From Phoronis australis (Eukaryota > Animalia > Phoronida), in the NCBI GenBank assembly GCA_002633005.1, contig NMRA01000530.1, positions 51,706 through 115,705 of the forward strand: a DNA stretch of 64,000 nt, written 5' to 3'. Every line of letters starts with the position of its first letter. Within the stretch, counting starts at the first letter, position 1. Below are positions 62,952 through 64,000 of this stretch, in pieces. The notes under the pieces are model-generated. The model saw only the letters and a program-made list of their open reading frames with translations, was not told where the DNA came from and made no database searches. A program made the translations under genes and the position numbers.

Positions 62952-64000
62952 CAGGCCCGTAGGAAGGTAAAAATTATTGGGGGGGCACCGACCCTGGTCG
63001 ATACGTAACTTCTAATTTCGAAACCACTGCGTTGCACTGGGGTGTATATATCAACGCTGTAAAATGAACTACTACAACCACTAGGTACGTTTTGAATTAT
63101 ATGAAAAAATATGTCTACTAATAATAAGGTGTGTAACAGATGCTGTACTTTTAGAGTTAATTTTTTGTTAAGATTGACTGGAAATTTTTGGAGCCACATA
63201 CATGCCGCTCATACGATTACTCTTGCTGAACAGTAAGAATGAAGGTGTGAAATAATTATATATGTTTTTATTTACTCTTCAACATAAATCAGTGGACGTT
63301 GCCCTGCTGCACACTAGAACTCGGGCTGCAGCTAAGTCTAACGTGGTAACAACTCCGAGTTGTGTCTTTCGCATTTCACTTCCTCGTACAAAATCGTTTG
63401 CCACATCCACCAAATTTAGCTTATCGCACATGTCTTTGTGAACATGGAGCAACATTAAATCGTTCAACCTCCCCTGCCCCATTGTGGAACGTAAATATGA
63501 CTTAACGCGCCTAAGAGCACTAAATGCTCGTTCGCTACTGGCATTTGTTGCAGGCATCACTAACAGCAAGTTTGCTAGTTTAATTACATTTTCGATCAAG
63601 TGTTTTTGACCGGCTGATAATTTCTGCAAATGATCCACAACACGAGACAATGTTACCTCTTGACTACCATCCTGTGCATAATTGGCCCCAAACGTAGCCA
63701 GGTGACAGCGCAGTGTTGAATCAAAATCATCTTCATAAAAACTGATAACATCTTGGTATTCATTTTCAAAGTTTTCCCCTTTTGCCGCCTTGAGTATCAG
63801 CTCCTCACACTGCATATAAATTTTGTAATCTTCTTGATCAAACCTGTCCCGTATTGATGCAATGATATTGTCAAGAGCTTCAAAATAAATTCTTCTATAA
63901 TAATCTTCTGGACTCGAAGAAAACTCCGGAGGCGCATTTCCTGTTTCGTATCTAGCGGGTTTTCTATTGCGTCTAGGGAGACCAGGATCTTTGACGTGAT
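62952..64000 (-). mobile_element. hAT DNA transposon, 3' end
   Basis: Terminus CAGGCCCGTAGGAAGGTAAAAATTATTGGGGGGG at 62952 lies downstream of the transposase stop. The same terminus occurs at 48302. Confidence 0.85.
63279..64000 (-). CDS. hAT-family transposase (ZMYM1-like type), C-terminal part; ORF continues beyond the window
   Basis: Frame is open from the window edge (PRRNRKPARY...YYRRIYFEALDNII.SIRDRF) to the hAT dimerization domain LLVMPATNASSERAFSALRRVKSYLRSTMGQGRLNDLMLLHVH, with no stops or frameshifts. Confidence 0.93.
   Translation of the reverse strand, partial: HVKDPGLPRRNRKPARYETGNAPPEFSSSPEDYYRRIYFEALDNIIASIRDRFDQEDYKIYMQCEELILKAAKGENFENEYQDVISFYEDDFDSTLRCHLATFGANYAQDGSQEVTLSRVVDHLQKLSAGQKHLIENVIKLANLLLVMPATNASSERAFSALRRVKSYLRSTMGQGRLNDLMLLHVHKDMCDKLNLVDVANDFVRGSEMRKTQLGVVTTLDLAAARVLVCSRATSTDLC

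Overview
Eukaryotic, intron-rich, AT-rich animal DNA, most likely from a marine invertebrate bilaterian; the species cannot be fixed from the sequence. Most short ORFs in the track are spurious. Four host genes could be reconstructed by hand with phase-consistent GT-AG junctions: (1) the 3' part of a VWDE-like EGF/Cys-rich gene (+, 629-5269); (2) a complete homocysteine S-methyltransferase with 7 coding exons (-, 11642-6296, 312 aa); (3) a complete Rdl-like GABA-gated chloride channel subunit with 8 coding exons (-, 35657-21514, 499 aa); (4) an intronless-CDS LRR-Ig type I membrane receptor (+, 55630-58425). The remainder is a transposon landscape: an intact-looking hAT transposase 3' end, several CA..TG MITEs with 5-bp TSDs, Harbinger-type elements, a BEL/Pao relic split by a solo-LTR-like insert, a Penelope GIY-YIG relic, a THAP/Kolobok-like relic, Helentron-like arrays and tRNA-derived SINEs. 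Best leads: a structured leader just upstream of the HMT AUG; an excess of TACATGTA Tc1/mariner-type footprints, one of them an in-frame insertion in a retroelement; a hammerhead relic with a G3:C8 swap; and a phased CTCF-like motif array. No wholly new multi-gene system is demonstrable from this window alone.
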